Part shown: one piece after another, positions 20,170 to 30,075 of the stretch | Layout: each line of letters opens with the position of its first letter | Position numbering within the stretch: position 1 is the first letter of the stretch | DNA from: an uncultured Cetobacterium sp. | Lineage (GTDB): Bacteria > Fusobacteriota > Fusobacteriia > Fusobacteriales > Fusobacteriaceae | NCBI GenBank assembly: GCA_949293295.1 | Contig: CASFCG010000016.1 | Span: forward strand, 78,658 to 142,657 | Direction of reading: 5' to 3' | Length of the DNA stretch: 64,000 bases | Notes under the pieces: model-generated | Databases searched by the model: none | What the model saw: the letters and a program-made list of their open reading frames with translations, nothing else | Told to the model about the DNA's origin: nothing | Made by a program: the position numbers and the translations under genes

Positions 20170-23100
20170 ATGTATTTAAAAGGTGTAGAGATTTGTGGAT
20201 TTAAATCATTTGGTGAGAGGATAAAGATAGATTTTACAGGTGGAATTACTTCCATTGTTGGTCCTAATGGAAGTGGAAAATCCAATATTTTGGATGGTAT
20301 ATTATGGGTTTTAGGAGAGCAGTCATATAAAAATATTAGAGCTAAAGAGAGCAAAGATATAGTTTTTTCAGGAGGAGAGGGAAAGAAGCCAGCTAGCTAT
20401 GCAGAGGTGTCATTATTTATTGATAACAAAGATAATTTTTTTCCTATAGAATCAAAAGAGATAAAAATTACTAGAAAAATGAATCTGAAAGGTGAAAATG
20501 ATTATTTAATAAATGATAAAAAAGTTAGATTAAAAGATGTGGGAGAGTTGTTTTTAGATACAGGTGTTGGAAAGAGTGCTTATTCTGTTATAGGGCAAGG
20601 GAAAGTGGAAAGGATTATATCCTCGTCTAATAAAGAGATAAAAGGTATTATTGAAGAAGCTGCGGGAGTGAAAAAATTCCAACAAAAGAGGGCTGAGGCG
20701 GAGAAAAGATTGGAAAAGGTTCAAGTTGAACTTGAGAAAATAGAGTTCATTTTAAATGAAACAGGGCAAAGTAGACAAAGAGTAGAGAAACAAGCAAAAA
20801 AAGCGGAGGAGTTTTTAAAATTAAAGGATGAAAAAAATATATTACAAAAAAGCGTATTAGTGTGTGATTTTGAGGCTAAGAAAAGGATATTAAACGGTTT
20901 AACTAAAAATGAAGAGGAGTTAACAGGAAAAGTAAATGAATTAGATAGTGAGTTACAAAATAAGGAAAGAGAGCTGGAAGAATTAGAAAATAATAGAAAA
21001 ATATTATTAGAGAAAATTAAAGAGTTTACAGAAGTAAATGGAAATTTAAAAGAGCAGATTGAAAGTTTGGAGAGAGAGAAAATAAGAATTAAAGAGAGAA
21101 TAACCTCCTATGAGAAAGATATAAATCAAAGAGAAGAGGAAGCTATATCAATTGAAAATTCAAGGGTTTTGAAGCAAGATGATTATGAAAAATTGAAAAA
21201 AGAACAGGAGAGTTTTTTAAAAAAGGTTGATGAATTAGAGAAAGAGAATAGTGATTTTGAGAATGAGATTTCAGAGAAAGAGAGAATAAGAAAAGAGATT
21301 GAGATTGCTATTGAGTTGAAGAAGAAAAAAATAATGGAATTAGAGGTTGAAAAATTAAAGCTTGTGAATGAAATTGAGAGTTCTAATAGGAGGATGAAAG
21401 GAAGCGAGTTTAAAATTAACTCTTTAAATGAAGAGAGAAAAGAGTATTTAAAGAGGATAGATGAGATAAAGATAGAGATTGAAAAGAGTATTAAGGAGAA
21501 AGAAAAAAAACAGAAAGCATTAAATGAAGCAATAAAAAAACAGAAAGAGATTGAAGCTCAAATAACAGAGTATAGTAAGACAATTAATAAGGGGTCTGAA
21601 ATTATAAGAAATACAGAGTTTGAAAATAAGAGAAATACGGCTAGGCTCCAAGCTCTTTATAAAGTGGAAGAGAATAATGAAGGGTTTTATAAGGGAGTAA
21701 AAGAGATTTTAAACAGTGGAATAAAGGGAGTAGAAGGAGCTGTAATAAGTTTAATTTCGGTTCCAGAAGAGTATCAGAAAGCGATTGAATCAGCAATTCC
21801 AGGGAATTTACAAGATATTATTGTCACTACAAGTGATGTAGCTAAAAAAGCTATTGAACTTTTGAAAGAGAAAAAAGCTGGGAAAGCTTCTTTTTTAGCG
21901 TTAGATACAGTCAAAGTTGGAAATTTAAAAGAACTTCCTAAAGTTGAAGGGGTAATTGATAGAGCTTCAAATATTGTAACAGCAGATGAAAAATATAGGA
22001 AGATTTTAGAAATGCTTTTGGGAAATATACTGGTCGTAGATAAAATGGATACGGCGTTGAAAATATTAAAAAATAATATATTTTCAGGAAATATAGTTAC
22101 TATTGCGGGAGAGTTGGTTAGTTCAAGAGGAAGAATAACAGGTGGAGATACATCGAACTCTATAGCTTCTCAAATTTTTGAAAGAAAGAAAGAAATGAAG
22201 CAATTGGAAGAGGCAGTAAAATCTACAGAAAAAGTTTTGAAAGAATGGAACGGAAAGATTGAACAGTTAAATAGAAAATTGGAAAAATTGGAAGAGGAGA
22301 TAACAGAGATAGATTCGAACGAAGAAAACTTAAGGAAAGAAAATAGATTAGCAGAGGATAAAGTGTTAGATTTGAAGCAAAAAGAGGAAAAAATACAAAA
22401 AGAGTTTAGAATTATAGAGATTGAATTTGAAGAGGAGCAAAATTATAATAAAGAATATATCAAAAGATTAGAAAGTTCAACAACTGAGAAAGAGACATTA
22501 GAGAATTTAGCTGAAGAGATAAAGAAAGAGCTTGAGCTAGAAGAAGAGAGGATACAGGAAATAAAACAGAAACTGGAAGAGTTAAAGATAAAGTTTTCAG
22601 ATAAAAAAATTCTATATATGAATAGTAAGGATAGAGTAGCACAAATAGTAAGAGAGATTGAAAAAATGGAGCTTGAAGAGAGAGAATTTGAAGAAAAAAA
22701 AGAAAAAAATAAAAATTTATTTTTAAGTTTAAAAACAGAGTTGGAAAAGTTATATCATAGAGATAATGAAGCATCAAAAGAGATAGAAGAGAAAATAAAA
22801 AAGTTTGAAGAGGAAAATGAAGAGTTAAAGGAAATGAAAGAGAAGGAGATAAGATTATCCGAAGAAGAGAAGAACATAATAAAGATTACTCGAGAATTGG
22901 AAGCAACTTTAATAAATCAAAAAAATAGTGCTGAGAGGGAGCATGAGAAAAAAGAGAAAATTGAGACAGAATTGAAAGAGATAGAGATACAATTGGATGA
23001 GTTAAGTGAAATAGAAAACATAAAAATAGAAGAGAATAAGTTAAAAGAGTTTAGAAATAAAGTAAAAGAGATGGAATATAAGATTAATAGTTTTGAAAAT

Positions 23101-23685
23101 ATAAATCTCCTAGCAATTGAAGAGTTTAAAGAGTTAGATGAAAGATATAACTATATAAAGGTTCAAAGAGATGATTTGGTAAGTGGAGAAAAGAGTCTAC
23201 AAGAACTTATCAAAGAGGTTGATGAAACTATCGAGAGCAGATTTTATGAGGCTTATGGAGAGATAAATAAAAATTTTAATGAGATGTGTATGGAAACTTT
23301 AGATAATTCGGAAGGACAGTTATCTTTGCATAACGGAGAGGACTATAAAAATTGTGGTGTGGAGATACATGTTAAATATAAGAATAAAAAGAGACAAGCT
23401 CTATCGCTTTTATCTGGTGGAGAAAAATCTATGGTTGCAATAGCGTTCATAATGGCAATATTTATGTATAAACCTAGCCCATTTACTTTTTTAGATGAGA
23501 TTGAGGCGGCATTAGATGAAAAAAATACAAGGAAACTAATAGCAAAATTGAAGCAATTTACTGATAGGTCTCAGTTTATATTAATAACTCACAATAAAGA
23601 GACTATGAAAGCTTCAGATAGCTTATATGGAGTAACTATGAACAAAAAAATTGGAATTTCAAAACTGGTATCAGTAAGAATTTAA
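20170..23685 (+). CDS. smc: Chromosome segregation protein SMC
   Basis: GFKSF, GPNGSGKSN, coiled coils around a hinge, LSGGEK, LDEIEAALD, ITH. Confidence 0.97.
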   Translation: MYLKGVEICGFKSFGERIKIDFTGGITSIVGPNGSGKSNILDGILWVLGEQSYKNIRAKESKDIVFSGGEGKKPASYAEVSLFIDNKDNFFPIESKEIKITRKMNLKGENDYLINDKKVRLKDVGELFLDTGVGKSAYSVIGQGKVERIISSSNKEIKGIIEEAAGVKKFQQKRAEAEKRLEKVQVELEKIEFILNETGQSRQRVEKQAKKAEEFLKLKDEKNILQKSVLVCDFEAKKRILNGLTKNEEELTGKVNELDSELQNKERELEELENNRKILLEKIKEFTEVNGNLKEQIESLEREKIRIKERITSYEKDINQREEEAISIENSRVLKQDDYEKLKKEQESFLKKVDELEKENSDFENEISEKERIRKEIEIAIELKKKKIMELEVEKLKLVNEIESSNRRMKGSEFKINSLNEERKEYLKRIDEIKIEIEKSIKEKEKKQKALNEAIKKQKEIEAQITEYSKTINKGSEIIRNTEFENKRNTARLQALYKVEENNEGFYKGVKEILNSGIKGVEGAVISLISVPEEYQKAIESAIPGNLQDIIVTTSDVAKKAIELLKEKKAGKASFLALDTVKVGNLKELPKVEGVIDRASNIVTADEKYRKILEMLLGNILVVDKMDTALKILKNNIFSGNIVTIAGELVSSRGRITGGDTSNSIASQIFERKKEMKQLEEAVKSTEKVLKEWNGKIEQLNRKLEKLEEEITEIDSNEENLRKENRLAEDKVLDLKQKEEKIQKEFRIIEIEFEEEQNYNKEYIKRLESSTTEKETLENLAEEIKKELELEEERIQEIKQKLEELKIKFSDKKILYMNSKDRVAQIVREIEKMELEEREFEEKKEKNKNLFLSLKTELEKLYHRDNEASKEIEEKIKKFEEENEELKEMKEKEIRLSEEEKNIIKITRELEATLINQKNSAEREHEKKEKIETELKEIEIQLDELSEIENIKIEENKLKEFRNKVKEMEYKINSFENINLLAIEEFKELDERYNYIKVQRDDLVSGEKSLQELIKEVDETIESRFYEAYGEINKNFNEMCMETLDNSEGQLSLHNGEDYKNCGVEIHVKYKNKKRQALSLLSGGEKSMVAIAFIMAIFMYKPSPFTFLDEIEAALDEKNTRKLIAKLKQFTDRSQFILITHNKETMKASDSLYGVTMNKKIGISKLVSVRI

Positions 23686-23700
23686 TGGAGAGAGGTGGAG

Positions 23701-24702
23701 ATGAGATTTTTATCATATATATATTTTCTTATAACCTCAATCAGAAATTGGTTATATGATAACAAATTTCTTAAGATTAGGGAGATACTTGGAGCTCAAA
23801 TAATATGTATAGGAAATATAACTGTTGGAGGAACAGGAAAGACTCCAGCAGTTCAATATTTCGTTAGAGAATTATCAAAGATGGGACGAAAAGTAGCGGT
23901 TGTATCAAGAGGATATAGAGGAAAAAGAAAACACGAACCATTGATAGTGAGTAATGGTAAAAATATATTGGTGTCTCCAAAAGAGAGCGGAGATGAGCCA
24001 TATATACATGCTTTAAATTTGAAAGTTCCAATTATAGTTGGAAAAAATAGATATAAGGCGTGTAAAATGGCAGTAGAAAAATTTTCTGTTGATACCATTG
24101 TTTTAGATGATGGTTTTCAACATAGAAAACTAAAAAGAGATAGAGATATAGTTTTAATTGATGCCACAAATCCTTTTGGATGGAACGCATTACTTCCAAA
24201 AGGAACGTTAAGAGAGGATTTCAAGAAAGCAGCTGAAAGGGTGAGCGAATTTATTATAACAAAATCTGATTTGATTGATGAGAGAGAGTTAGGAAGATTG
24301 AAAAGATTTTTAAAAATGAATTATAAAAAATCAGTTTCAATTGCTAAACATGGTGTAACTGCTTTATGTGATATAGCTGGAAATGCAAAACCTTTATTTT
24401 GGGTTGCTGGAAAGAGAGTTTTATTATTTTCTGGGCTTGCAAATCCTTTGAATTTTGAAAAAACAGTAATATCTTTGAATCCTGAATATATAGAGAGAAT
24501 TGATTTTATGGATCACCATAATTTTAGATTGAAAGATTTTGAGCTTATAAAGAGGAGAGCAAAGTCGATGGATGCTGATTTTATAATTACGACAGAAAAG
24601 GATTTGGTGAAACTTCCTAGAGACTTAAAGATAGAAAATCTGTTTGTTTTAAAGATAGAATTTACTATGTTAGAGAATAATAGTTTAAGAGGATTGATAT
24701 GA
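23701..24702 (+). CDS. lpxK: Tetraacyldisaccharide 4'-kinase
   Basis: GNITVGGTGKTP, SRGY, GDEP, LDDGFQH, LPKGTLRE, DHH, TTEKDLVK. Confidence 0.96.
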   Translation: MRFLSYIYFLITSIRNWLYDNKFLKIREILGAQIICIGNITVGGTGKTPAVQYFVRELSKMGRKVAVVSRGYRGKRKHEPLIVSNGKNILVSPKESGDEPYIHALNLKVPIIVGKNRYKACKMAVEKFSVDTIVLDDGFQHRKLKRDRDIVLIDATNPFGWNALLPKGTLREDFKKAAERVSEFIITKSDLIDERELGRLKRFLKMNYKKSVSIAKHGVTALCDIAGNAKPLFWVAGKRVLLFSGLANPLNFEKTVISLNPEYIERIDFMDHHNFRLKDFELIKRRAKSMDADFIITTEKDLVKLPRDLKIENLFVLKIEFTMLENNSLRGLI

Positions 24703-24703
24703 G

Positions 24704-25417
24704 ATGAAGATTAATATTGAAGAAAGGATAAAATATTTTTTAGAAAATGCGGAATATCTAGATAAAAGAGCATATTTTACTGTTGATGGAGAGGGAAAAA
24801 TAAAGAGAAAAAAAATGAATTACAGTTTTCCGGCTATTTTTTTCTGTGAAGATGATATTTTTTTTAAAAATATATTAGAAATTGAAAAGGATAAAAGAGA
24901 ACGTACAAAAATAAAGAAAATAGATAGATTAAGTAATTTAGAAATGGATAGGTTGAGTGAGAATTTGATTAAATTAGTAATTAAAGGAGAGTTGGATTTT
25001 GCTAAAAGATATGCGAAAGAGCTTGCAATGAGAGATAAAGAGTATTTTATTAAAACTTTATTTAATCTCTCCTTAATGGATAATCTATCATTTGATAAAC
25101 CATTGATGGCACTTGCGATGAGAGAATACATAAGTAGATTTGGATGGAATGACGAGGTGGGATACTTAGTTATGAGTTATTTTACAAAACAGAGATATGA
25201 TATTAATCAATTAGAGTTTATAAAGCCAGAAGAAGAGATGTGTAGAATTGAACCTAGGACAGTTTCACAATTAGCGTATAAGAAAGTTTTAGATAGTTAT
25301 GAATATACGAATAAATCAAAGTATAGAGCTATTCTAATAAAGGATATAGAAAAAACTGATTTTATAGAAGAAAGTGAACTTGAAAAAATTTTAAAAAGAG
25401 GAATAGAAGTTCTATGA
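24704..25417 (+). CDS. Hypothetical protein (237 aa)
   Basis: Starts 1 nt after the lpxK stop and overlaps nadD by 4 nt; no family motif recognised. Confidence 0.8.
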   Translation: MKINIEERIKYFLENAEYLDKRAYFTVDGEGKIKRKKMNYSFPAIFFCEDDIFFKNILEIEKDKRERTKIKKIDRLSNLEMDRLSENLIKLVIKGELDFAKRYAKELAMRDKEYFIKTLFNLSLMDNLSFDKPLMALAMREYISRFGWNDEVGYLVMSYFTKQRYDINQLEFIKPEEEMCRIEPRTVSQLAYKKVLDSYEYTNKSKYRAILIKDIEKTDFIEESELEKILKRGIEVL

Positions 25418-25995
25418 AGTACAGGGGATTAAAAATTGGAATATATGGAGGGAGTTTTAATCCAATTCATAATGGGCATAAAAAAGTTGTAGAGTACATT
25501 TTAGAAAGATTTGATTTAGACAAAATTTTTATAGTTCCACTGGGAATTCCAGCTCACAAAGAGATAAAATTAGAAAGTGGAGTTGATAGAATTGAAATGT
25601 GTAGACTAGCTTTTAAAAATGAAGAGAAAGTAGAAGTCTTGGATTTAGAAGTAAAGGAAACTAAAGTTTCATACACATATGATACCTTACTGAAAATAAA
25701 AAAACTCTATCAAGAAGCTGAAATATATGAAATTATGGGAGAAGATTCAGGAGAGAATTTTGAGAGTTGGAAGAATTATAAAGATATTTTAAAGTTATCA
25801 AAGATTATAATTCTTAAGAGAAAAGGATATAAGTTGAGTTTAAAAGATGAGAATGTAATAGTTTTAGAAAATCCATATTATTGTTATTCATCAACCGAGA
25901 TAAGAAAAAAAATCATAGATGGTGAGAGGATAGATGAACTAGTTCCCAGTGAGGTGCATGAATATATTGAGAAGAAAGGGTTGTATAAAAAATAG
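25414..25995 (+). CDS. nadD: Nicotinate-nucleotide adenylyltransferase
   Basis: GGSFNPIHNGH, PAHK, SYTYDTL, SSTEIR. Confidence 0.95.
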   Translation: MKYRGLKIGIYGGSFNPIHNGHKKVVEYILERFDLDKIFIVPLGIPAHKEIKLESGVDRIEMCRLAFKNEEKVEVLDLEVKETKVSYTYDTLLKIKKLYQEAEIYEIMGEDSGENFESWKNYKDILKLSKIIILKRKGYKLSLKDENVIVLENPYYCYSSTEIRKKIIDGERIDELVPSEVHEYIEKKGLYKK

Positions 25996-26148
25996 AGAAT
26001 TATCAAAATTTTTGGTTATATTTTATTAATTAAAAGAATATTATTGATAAAGTGGAAATTATTCACTTTTGTGATAAAAAATACTTGACTTTATTATAAG
26101 AATTAGAATATTATAAGGGCAGGGTAGATGAATAAAAGGAGGTTAAAA

Positions 26149-26604
26149 ATGATTTTTGGGGAGATTGATGAATTAAAATTTTATAGAGGAATTTCGAGGG
26201 AGTTGGATAGTGCAATTAATTTTATTTTGGAAAATAAAGTTTTAGATAGATTTGAAGGAAAAAATGAGATTTTAGGAGAAAAGTTATTTTTTAACATTCA
26301 AAATGTAGAAACTAAAAAATTAAAAGATTGTTTTTTTGAATCACACAGAGAGTATATGGATATACATATTATCATTGAAGGAGAAGAGTTGATTGGTTAT
26401 GCACAAAAAGGTGATTTAAAATTAAATTTAGATTACAATGAAAGTTCAGATTTTCAAACTTTATCAGGGAAGATGCAAAATAGTTTTCATATGAAAAAGG
26501 GAAATTTTATAATGTTCTTTCCAAATGAGCCACATATGCCATTGATTGCACCTAGTGATGAAACAAAAGGGATAAAAAAAGCTGTTTTTAAAATAAAGAT
26601 GTAA
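26149..26604 (+). CDS. YhcH/YjgK/YiaL family protein
   Basis: ESHREYMDIH, FFPNEPHMP, KKAVFK. Start at ATG 26149 after AGGAGG. Confidence 0.9.
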   Translation: MIFGEIDELKFYRGISRELDSAINFILENKVLDRFEGKNEILGEKLFFNIQNVETKKLKDCFFESHREYMDIHIIIEGEELIGYAQKGDLKLNLDYNESSDFQTLSGKMQNSFHMKKGNFIMFFPNEPHMPLIAPSDETKGIKKAVFKIKM

Positions 26605-26616
26605 TCGTGATAGATA

Positions 26617-27276
26617 ATGAAAAGGGTTGATAATAAGCTTTTTTTATGGATTGCAATGCTATCTTTTCTTGCAGGAGCCACTAACTGTTATTCTATTATT
26701 AAATTTTCCTTTACAATCGGACATATTACAGGAACTCTTTCAAAAATATCAACAGGATTTAATATTTATGATTATGTATATTTGAAAAAATTACTTATAC
26801 TTTTGTTTTTTTTCTTTTTAGGAGCGGTTGTATCAGGTTTAATTACAGAGAGTGGGAGAGAGTTTGAATTAAGAAAACGGTATGGTGATACACTTTTTTT
26901 GATTGGATTTTTGATAAAAGTAATAGATGTTTATAAACAATCTGAGTTAATCTCTGCTTCTATATTAACTTTTTTACTTGGAATGCAGAATGGATTATTT
27001 ATCCGTTATAAAGGAATGGTAATGAGAACTACGCATATGAGTGGAATTGTAACAGATTTAGGTGTTGCGATTGGTTATTGTATGCGAGGAAATTTTGAAA
27101 TAGCTTGGAAGATAAAATACTATATATACATTATTTTATCCTTTACTTCAGGGGGATTAATAACTGCTTTAGTTCTTAGAAATGAGATTGATATTTTAAA
27201 TCTTTTGTTTTTTGCTTATATTTTTAGTGGGTTTTATTATTTTTGGTTGAGACGTTGTTATTATAAGATGAAATGA
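26617..27276 (+). CDS. YoaK/DUF1275 family membrane protein
   Basis: AGATN, HITG, GMQNG, RTTHMSGIVTDLG. Confidence 0.85.
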   Translation: MKRVDNKLFLWIAMLSFLAGATNCYSIIKFSFTIGHITGTLSKISTGFNIYDYVYLKKLLILLFFFFLGAVVSGLITESGREFELRKRYGDTLFLIGFLIKVIDVYKQSELISASILTFLLGMQNGLFIRYKGMVMRTTHMSGIVTDLGVAIGYCMRGNFEIAWKIKYYIYIILSFTSGGLITALVLRNEIDILNLLFFAYIFSGFYYFWLRRCYYKMK

Positions 27277-27302
27277 TTTATAAAAATTGAAAAAATTAGA
27301 AT

Positions 27303-27333
27303 GAGGTTGCTTGTTAGAAAGTAACCTTTTTTT
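27303..27333 (+). terminator. Terminator after the YoaK-like gene
   Basis: AGGTTGCTT...AAGTAACCT hairpin followed by a T tract. Confidence 0.65.
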
Positions 27334-27408
27334 AATTATAACACTGTAAAAAATAAAAAAACACATATACTAACTATCCCTAAACCAGCTAATATATATG
27401 CCTACCAA

Positions 27409-27495
27409 TGGTGCCTGGGGCGGGACTCGAACCCGCAAGGTATTACTACCGGTAGATTTTGAGTCTACTACGTTTACCAATTTCGTCACCCAGGC
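27409..27495 (-). tRNA. tRNA-Leu(CAA)
   Basis: Reverse complement GCCTGGGTGACGAAATTGGTAAACGTAGTAGACTCAAAATCTAC...GGTTCGAGTCCCGCCCCAGGCACCA; long variable arm. Confidence 0.96.
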
Positions 27496-27518
27496 TTAAT
27501 GCCAGATTTACCTTTATA

Positions 27519-27547
27519 AATATATCATTTTTTTTTGATTTTGTCAA
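27519..27547 (-). promoter_or_regulatory. Promoter of tRNA-Leu(CAA)
   Basis: Minus strand TTGACA-17 nt-TATATT with extended TG. Confidence 0.75.
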
Positions 27548-27763
27548 TAATTAAATTTTAATTAATTATTTTTATTGATTTGAAAATTGAAAAAAATAAT
27601 AAGATATTGCTGAAATTTAAATAAATAATAGAACTAAGAGGAATTGAAATATTTAGAAACATTGATAAAGTAATTGTATTTTTATAAAATTTAAAAGATA
27701 TTCTTTGAAAAATTTAATTGTATCTGTTAGAATTGAGATAAGACTTTAGAGTGGAGGATAAAA

Positions 27764-28834
27764 ATGAAAGTAGTTCATGGGGCAAATATTCATAAGTTAT
27801 CGAGAGAGCTAAGAGTTACAAAAGATAAGCTTATTGATTTTAGTTCAAATATTTTACCTTTTGAGATGAGTGAAAAAGTCATGAATCGTTTAAGAGATAA
27901 TCTTGAAGCTATATCTCTTTATCCTGATAGTGAGTATTTTGAGTTAAGAGGAGCTATTTCGAGATATTGTCAATGTGATATGAATGATTTGATATTAGGG
28001 AATGGCGTTACAGAGTTAATTGCACAAACAATTTTTATATTAAAACCTAAGAATGCTCTTATAGTTGGTCCAGCATATTCTGAATATGAGACAGAGTTAA
28101 AAAGAAACAGAAGTAATATAAAAAAATTTTTTTTAAAGAAAGAGCAGGATTTTAAATTTAATCTTGAAGGGATAAAGACTCTATTGAGTAAACAAGATGT
28201 TGATATGATTGTATTATGTAATCCAAATAATCCTACTGGAACTCTGATAACTATTGAAGAGATAGAACAGATAGTTTCAATGTCGGGAGCATATGTAGTT
28301 ATAGATGAAACTTATATTGAATTTTCAAAACCTAATTCTTCTGCTGTTTCTTTGACAAAAAAATATAAAAATTTGATTGTTTTGAGAGGAACATCCAAGT
28401 TTTTTTCAACGCCTGGAATACGATTAGGTTATGCGATTAGTAAAAACCAGAAGATAAAAAAATTTATTAACCTATGGAATATAAATATATTTGCTTCCAT
28501 TATTGGTGAGGTAATGTTTGATGATAACACTTTTATAAAAAATAGATATTTAAAATTTTTAGAGAATAGGAGTTACTTACAAGATAGATTGACTGAGATA
28601 GAAACAATAAGACTATATTCAACCGAAGCAAATTTTATTCTGTGTAGGATATTAAAAAGCGATAGAACAAGTAGTGAATTAGCGGAATATCTTTTAAATA
28701 GGGGAATAATAATAAGAGATGCAAAATCTTTTGAGGGCTTAGGAGATAAGTTTTTTAGAATATGTGTCCTAGAAAAAGAAAAGATAGATAGACTTATTTT
28801 AGAATTAAAAAATTTTTTCTATGATATACAATAA
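27764..28834 (+). CDS. PLP-dependent class I/II aminotransferase-fold enzyme, threonine-phosphate decarboxylase (CobD)-like
   Basis: HGANI...IDFSSNI N-terminus typical of CobD; YPD, CNPNNPTG, IDETYIEF, SKFFSTPGIRLGY. HisC not excluded. Confidence 0.75.
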   Translation: MKVVHGANIHKLSRELRVTKDKLIDFSSNILPFEMSEKVMNRLRDNLEAISLYPDSEYFELRGAISRYCQCDMNDLILGNGVTELIAQTIFILKPKNALIVGPAYSEYETELKRNRSNIKKFFLKKEQDFKFNLEGIKTLLSKQDVDMIVLCNPNNPTGTLITIEEIEQIVSMSGAYVVIDETYIEFSKPNSSAVSLTKKYKNLIVLRGTSKFFSTPGIRLGYAISKNQKIKKFINLWNINIFASIIGEVMFDDNTFIKNRYLKFLENRSYLQDRLTEIETIRLYSTEANFILCRILKSDRTSSELAEYLLNRGIIIRDAKSFEGLGDKFFRICVLEKEKIDRLILELKNFFYDIQ

Positions 28835-28867
28835 AAGTTGATAAGGATTTTCCCTATCAACTTTTTT
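28833..28867. terminator. Bidirectional terminator between the cobD-like and LacI genes (copy 1 of a repeated hairpin)
   Basis: AAAAGTTGATAAGG-attttc-CCTATCAACTTTT, overlapping both stop codons. Confidence 0.8.
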
Positions 28868-29846
28868 TCACGCTCTCTCTATCAAGGAACTCAAATTCCA
28901 CCTTTTGAACTTTAGGAATATTTTCACCATTTATTAACTTTATCATACTTTCTGCCGCTAACTCACCAGTTTTATCATTTTGAAATCTTATAGTTGTTAA
29001 TCTTGGCGTTATAATATCAGAAATTTTATATCCTCCAAATCCAGTTATAGATATATCACCTGGTATTTTTAAGCCGTGTCTTTGAATTGCTTTTATAGCA
29101 CCCAGTGCCATATTATCTGTAGCAGAGACTATAAAATCTGGTTTATTTTTTTTCAAGTACTCATATACAATATTTTCTGTAGTTTCAAAAGAGAAATCAC
29201 TTTTTATCTCTTCTATTTCGATAGAGGTCTCCTTTTTTAAAACTTTGAATACGGCATCTCTTCTATTTTTTCCAACCATTGTATCACTTTCATCTACACC
29301 TATATAGAGAATTTTTTTTGGGTGTGCTTTTAAAACTCTATTTCCCATTTCTCTTCCAGCTTTTTCCTCATCATTTATTATTGAATAACCATCTGGACAA
29401 TATTGACCTAGAAATAATATTGGTACTTTTCTATTCTTTGCAAAACGCTTATGTTCTGAAATTATTTGAGTAGCAAAAACAATTACGCCCTCTATATTCA
29501 TTCTCCAAAGCCTATCCAAATTAGCTATCTCTAAATTTATATCATGATTAGTATTTATGATAAATGGAATATACCCTTTTTCTCTCAACTTATTATCTAA
29601 TTTCATAAGAATAGTTGAGGTTGTATTTGAGTCAAAGCATGGAACAATTACTCCTATCATTTTATTATTTTTTATTCTTATTCCTCTTGCAAATAGATTA
29701 GGTTCATAGTCATATTCATCTATAATTTGTTGAATTTTTCGTCTTGATTTTTCACTCACATACCCGTTGTTAAAAAATCTAGACACAGTACTCTTTCCTA
29801 CTCCAGAGAGTTCTGCTATATCTAATATTGTTAGTTTTTTTTTCAT
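28857..29846 (-). CDS. scrR: LacI-family repressor of the sucrose locus
   Basis: HTH TILDIAELSGVGKSTVSRFFN, YEPNLFARG, IPGDISITGFG. Start reset to ATG 29846; divergent from the PTS gene. Confidence 0.88.
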   Translation of the reverse strand: MKKKLTILDIAELSGVGKSTVSRFFNNGYVSEKSRRKIQQIIDEYDYEPNLFARGIRIKNNKMIGVIVPCFDSNTTSTILMKLDNKLREKGYIPFIINTNHDINLEIANLDRLWRMNIEGVIVFATQIISEHKRFAKNRKVPILFLGQYCPDGYSIINDEEKAGREMGNRVLKAHPKKILYIGVDESDTMVGKNRRDAVFKVLKKETSIEIEEIKSDFSFETTENIVYEYLKKNKPDFIVSATDNMALGAIKAIQRHGLKIPGDISITGFGGYKISDIITPRLTTIRFQNDKTGELAAESMIKLINGENIPKVQKVEFEFLDRESVKKS

Positions 29847-29994
29847 ACTCAAATCCCACTTTATCATATTAAATATATTTTTACTATATATTATACATGA
29901 AAAAATAAAAAAATAAAACAAAAATATTTTATGTTTAAAATGAATACAAAACAAACAGAAAATAGAAAGAAAAATAAATATTTTAAAACTAGTA

Positions 29995-30023
29995 TTGACA
30001 TTTTTATTAGAATATATTATTCT
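29995..30023 (+). promoter_or_regulatory. Promoter of the scrA operon
   Basis: TTGACA-17 nt-TATTCT. Confidence 0.7.
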
Positions 30024-30037
30024 AAATTTAAATATAT

Positions 30038-30049
30038 GGGAATGTTCCC
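30038..30049. promoter_or_regulatory. LacI-type operator (putative ScrR site)
   Basis: Near-perfect palindrome GGGAATGTTCCC just downstream of the -10 element, in otherwise very AT-rich DNA. Confidence 0.7.
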
Positions 30050-30075
30050 TTAAAATAAAAATATAGGAGGTTTTT

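Noticed and set aside
20800-23200. Repetitive GAA/AAA-rich sequence
   Set aside because: Explained by the E/K-rich SMC coiled coils; not a DNA repeat.
27280-27760. Lone tRNA-Leu(CAA) as an integration site; B12 riboswitch before the cobD-like gene
   Set aside because: No integrase, no duplicated tRNA 3' end seen, and no B12-box motifs.
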